Positions 61,215 through 64,000 of a DNA stretch of 64,000 bases are shown one piece after another. The stretch comes from an uncultured delta proteobacterium. GTDB taxonomy: Bacteria > Myxococcota_A > Polyangia > Polyangiales > JAFGIB01. The DNA lies in the NCBI GenBank assembly GCA_963778655.1, contig CAVZVA010000010.1:640001-704000 (forward strand), written 5' to 3'. Position 1 is the stretch's first letter. Every line of letters starts with the position of its first letter. The notes beneath the pieces were generated by a model that had not been told where the DNA came from, did no database searches, and worked only from the letters and a program-made list of their open reading frames with translations. The position numbers and the translations under genes are program-made.

Positions 61215-63209
61215 CTACCGCTCGGCGACCTGGCCCGTCACGGCAGCGCGCAACGTGAAGTAGATGGTGGCTCCCACGCCCAGCTCGGATTCGGCCCACA
61301 CCCGGCCGCCGTGGCGATCGACGATGCGCGCCACGGTGGCCAGGCCGACTCCGGTTCCGGGATACTCGCTCTCGGCGTGCAAGCGCTGAAACGGGCGAAA
61401 CAGCTTGGCCGCGTAGCGCATGTCGAAGCCGACACCGTTGTCGCGCACGAAGCAGGTCAGCATGCCCTCGGCATCGGCCTCGAGCGCCCCCAGCTCGATC
61501 CGCGATTCGGGTCGCAGGCGGGTGAACTTCCAGGCGTTGCCCAGCAGGTTCTCGAGCACGATGCGAATCAAGCGGGCGTCGGCCTCCACCCACAGGCCCG
61601 GCCGCACCACCGCGCTCAGCAGACGCTCGGGCTCGTGCTTGGACAGCGCAACCAACACGCTTTGCGCCAGCGCCGATAGATCCATCGGGCGCCATTTCAG
61701 CTCCGCCCTGCCCACGCGCGAGAGGTCGAGCAGATCGTCGATCAGCTCGCCCATGCGTTGGGCGGCCGCGCGCACCCGCCACAGGTAGTCCTGCCCCCTG
61801 GGGTCGAGCGCCGCCGCGTGATCCTCGAGCAGCGCCTGGCTGAAGCCATCGATAGCCCGCAGCGGTGCGCGCAGGTCGTGCGAAACCGAATAGCTGAAGG
61901 CCTCGAGCTCGCGGTTCTTGCGCTCGAGCTGCTCGATCAGCGCCGCGCGCGTCTCGGCCAGCTCGCGCGCGGCGCGCGCCTCGGCAGCCTCGAGCTTCTC
62001 CCGCATGAGCTCGTCGCGAATGCGCCGCGTCTCGTCCTCGAATTGCTTGCGGCGGATCTGGGCGCGCACGCGCGCCTTGAGCACTTCCAGATCGCTGGAC
62101 TTCTGGATGTAGTCGTCGGCGCCGGCGACGAGTCCCGCGATCATCGCGTCGCGATCCTCCAGCGCGGTCATCATGATCAGCGGGGTGTCGCGCGTCGCGG
62201 CCACCGACTTGAGGCGCCTGCAGGTCTCCTCTCCGCCGATCCCCGGCATCAGCAGATCGAGCAGAATGCAATCGACCGGCTGAATCGACAGCAGCTCGAG
62301 CGCCTCCTCGCCCGAACGCGCCTGCACCACGTCGTAGCCCTCACCGCGCAGTGCCGACGAAAGCGCCCCGAGATAGGTCAGGCTGTCGTCGACGGTGAGG
62401 ATCTTCTTGGGGCCGAGCGCGCTGACTACACGGGCCGGGCTCGACAGCGACCCGCCGCGCCGGATCGCCGCGCCGACCTGGGCCAGCAGCAGGCGCAGGT
62501 CATCGTGCTTGCGCACGAACGCATCAGCGCCGGCGTCCAGGGCCTGCAGCTCCGCGTTCTGCTCCTGCGAGGCCGTCAGCAGCACGCACGGCAGGTTCTG
62601 CAAAGCCGGGTCGAGGCGAATGCGCCGGATCACCGTGGGCCCGTCGACGCCGGGCAGCACTCCGTCGACGACCACGGCGCTGGGCCGCGCGCTGGCGGCC
62701 ACCCGCAAGCCTTCTTCGCCGCTGGCCGCGGTCAGCACCTCGTAACCGGCGCCCACCAGCGCCTCCCGCAGCGCCTCCCTGAAGGTCGCGCTGTCGTCGA
62801 TCACCAGCACGCTGCTCGCGCCGGATGCGCGTGTGGCCTCGCGCCCGCGCAGCAGCTCCTGGGCCCGCGCCACCACGTAGCTCGTGTCGTAGGGCTTGCC
62901 CACGTACTCGTCGGCGCCGGTGCGCAGGCCGCGAACGCGGTCGCGCACCTCGACCTCGGTCGAGAGCAGCAGCACGGTGGCCGCGGCGGCGTTTGGCCGC
63001 GTGCGCAGCTCCGCCAGCAGCTCGATCCCGTCACCGTCGGGCAGCAGCACGTCCAGGATGATGAGCGCCACCGCCTCGCGCGCGATCGCCTCGCGCGCCT
63101 CGGCCAGCGACGCGCACAGCACGGTGCGCAGCCCGACCGCGCCGAGCGCCTGCGCGAGGTCCATGCGGACCGTCAGGCTGTCGTCGACGATCAAGACCGG
63201 TGCGCTCAT
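61215..63209 (-). CDS. Triple-receiver histidine kinase (REC-REC-REC-HisKA-HATPase)
   Basis: Three receiver starts (IVDDS, VIDDS, TVDDS), SHDLRAPL, NLLGNAWKF, DNGVG and GTGVGL. Confidence 0.92.
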   Translation of the reverse strand: MSAPVLIVDDSLTVRMDLAQALGAVGLRTVLCASLAEAREAIAREAVALIILDVLLPDGDGIELLAELRTRPNAAAATVLLLSTEVEVRDRVRGLRTGADEYVGKPYDTSYVVARAQELLRGREATRASGASSVLVIDDSATFREALREALVGAGYEVLTAASGEEGLRVAASARPSAVVVDGVLPGVDGPTVIRRIRLDPALQNLPCVLLTASQEQNAELQALDAGADAFVRKHDDLRLLLAQVGAAIRRGGSLSSPARVVSALGPKKILTVDDSLTYLGALSSALRGEGYDVVQARSGEEALELLSIQPVDCILLDLLMPGIGGEETCRRLKSVAATRDTPLIMMTALEDRDAMIAGLVAGADDYIQKSSDLEVLKARVRAQIRRKQFEDETRRIRDELMREKLEAAEARAARELAETRAALIEQLERKNRELEAFSYSVSHDLRAPLRAIDGFSQALLEDHAAALDPRGQDYLWRVRAAAQRMGELIDDLLDLSRVGRAELKWRPMDLSALAQSVLVALSKHEPERLLSAVVRPGLWVEADARLIRIVLENLLGNAWKFTRLRPESRIELGALEADAEGMLTCFVRDNGVGFDMRYAAKLFRPFQRLHAESEYPGTGVGLATVARIVDRHGGRVWAESELGVGATIYFTLRAAVTGQVAER

Positions 63210-64000
63210 GCCGGCTCCCCGTTCGCGTGTGACTGCGGCCGCGCCAGCGCGCCCAGCACCGGACCGATCTGCGGCAGCGGCAGCACCTGTTCTGCCGCGC
63301 CCAACAGAGCGGCCTCGCGCGGCATGCCGTAGACGACGCAGGTGCTCTCGTCCTGTGCGATGGTGAGGCCGCCCGCGCGCCGCACTGCGAGCAGGCCAGC
63401 AGCGCCGTCACGTCCCATGCCGGTTAGCAAGCAGGCCGCGCTGCTCGCGCCGTACTCGGCCGCGACCGATTCGAACAGCACGTCGACCGAGGGACGGCAG
63501 GAGTGGCGCTCGGGGTCGTCGCCGAGCTGAAGGCGGTCGCCGCGCACCCGCAGGTGGCGGCCGGGCGGGGCCATGATCACCTGGCCGCGGCCCTGCTCCA
63601 CGCTCTCCGCGTGCCTGGCATAACGCACCCTTCGCGCGCTCTGGCCATCGAGCCAGTCGGCCAGCGCCGGCGCGAACGGCTCCCCAATGTGGAGCACCAG
63701 CAGCACGGGCAGAGGAAACTCGCGGGGCAGCGCGCGCAGGATCTGGACGAGCGCGCCCGGACCACCGGTCGACGCACCCAGCGCCACCAGCCGGCAGGGC
63801 GGGCGCTGTGGCCACGGCCAGGGCGGTGCCGTCGCAGCGGGCCGCAGGCTGGCCGGCGCGCGTCCGAGCGCGCCCAGCCGCGCGCGCGGATGGGTGATGA
63901 CGCGGATGCGCGAGACCAGCTTGACCGCCGCGACCAACCTGCGATCCCAGGCCTCGTCGGGCTCGCGGCCGTCGGGCTTGTCCAGCACGTCGACCGCGCC
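63206..64000 (-). CDS. cheB: Chemotaxis-type protein-glutamate methylesterase CheB (5'-truncated by window edge)
   Basis: GASTGGP, VLH, RPSVD, LTGMGRDGA and QDE.TCVVYGMP. Confidence 0.93.
   Translation of the reverse strand, partial: GAVDVLDKPDGREPDEAWDRRLVAAVKLVSRIRVITHPRARLGALGRAPASLRPAATAPPWPWPQRPPCRLVALGASTGGPGALVQILRALPREFPLPVLLVLHIGEPFAPALADWLDGQSARRVRYARHAESVEQGRGQVIMAPPGRHLRVRGDRLQLGDDPERHSCRPSVDVLFESVAAEYGASSAACLLTGMGRDGAAGLLAVRRAGGLTIAQDESTCVVYGMPREAALLGAAEQVLPLPQIGPVLGALARPQSHANGEPA

Overview
Very GC-rich bacterial chromosomal DNA. Gene content points to Myxococcota, probably Polyangia-like: a large Ser/Thr kinase-ATPase, VWA and TolB-like lipoproteins, multi-receiver kinases and Pro/Ala-rich linkers. 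This placement is inferred, not searched. The window holds about 52 protein-coding genes, mostly housekeeping, metabolic and signalling (serC, bioF/bioD, cdsA, gdhA, pfk, thiE, trpS, ftsB, grpE-dnaK, a PQQ/heme alcohol dehydrogenase, a sugar ABC transporter, cheB), plus one tRNA-Ala(CGC). I see no integrase, transposase, phage gene or CRISPR array. Main observations: (1) two parS-type palindromes at ~18.8 kb, where a strong local G/C skew flips although both flanking genes are on the same strand; (2) a family of structured repeats, with a tandem-plus-inverted cluster at 48.9-49.36 kb and a related element apparently sitting in-frame inside a membrane-protein gene; (3) an ATP-grasp/alpha-E pair followed by an orphan beta-lysine acetyltransferase-amidohydrolase pair; (4) a HiPIP-like protein with no export signal; (5) an Omp85-DUF4390-NtrY-like operon followed by a Fic protein with a degenerate active site; (6) a P450 frameshifted inside its heme motif; (7) two small basic ORFs. 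All calls come from reading motifs by eye; no database searches were run.
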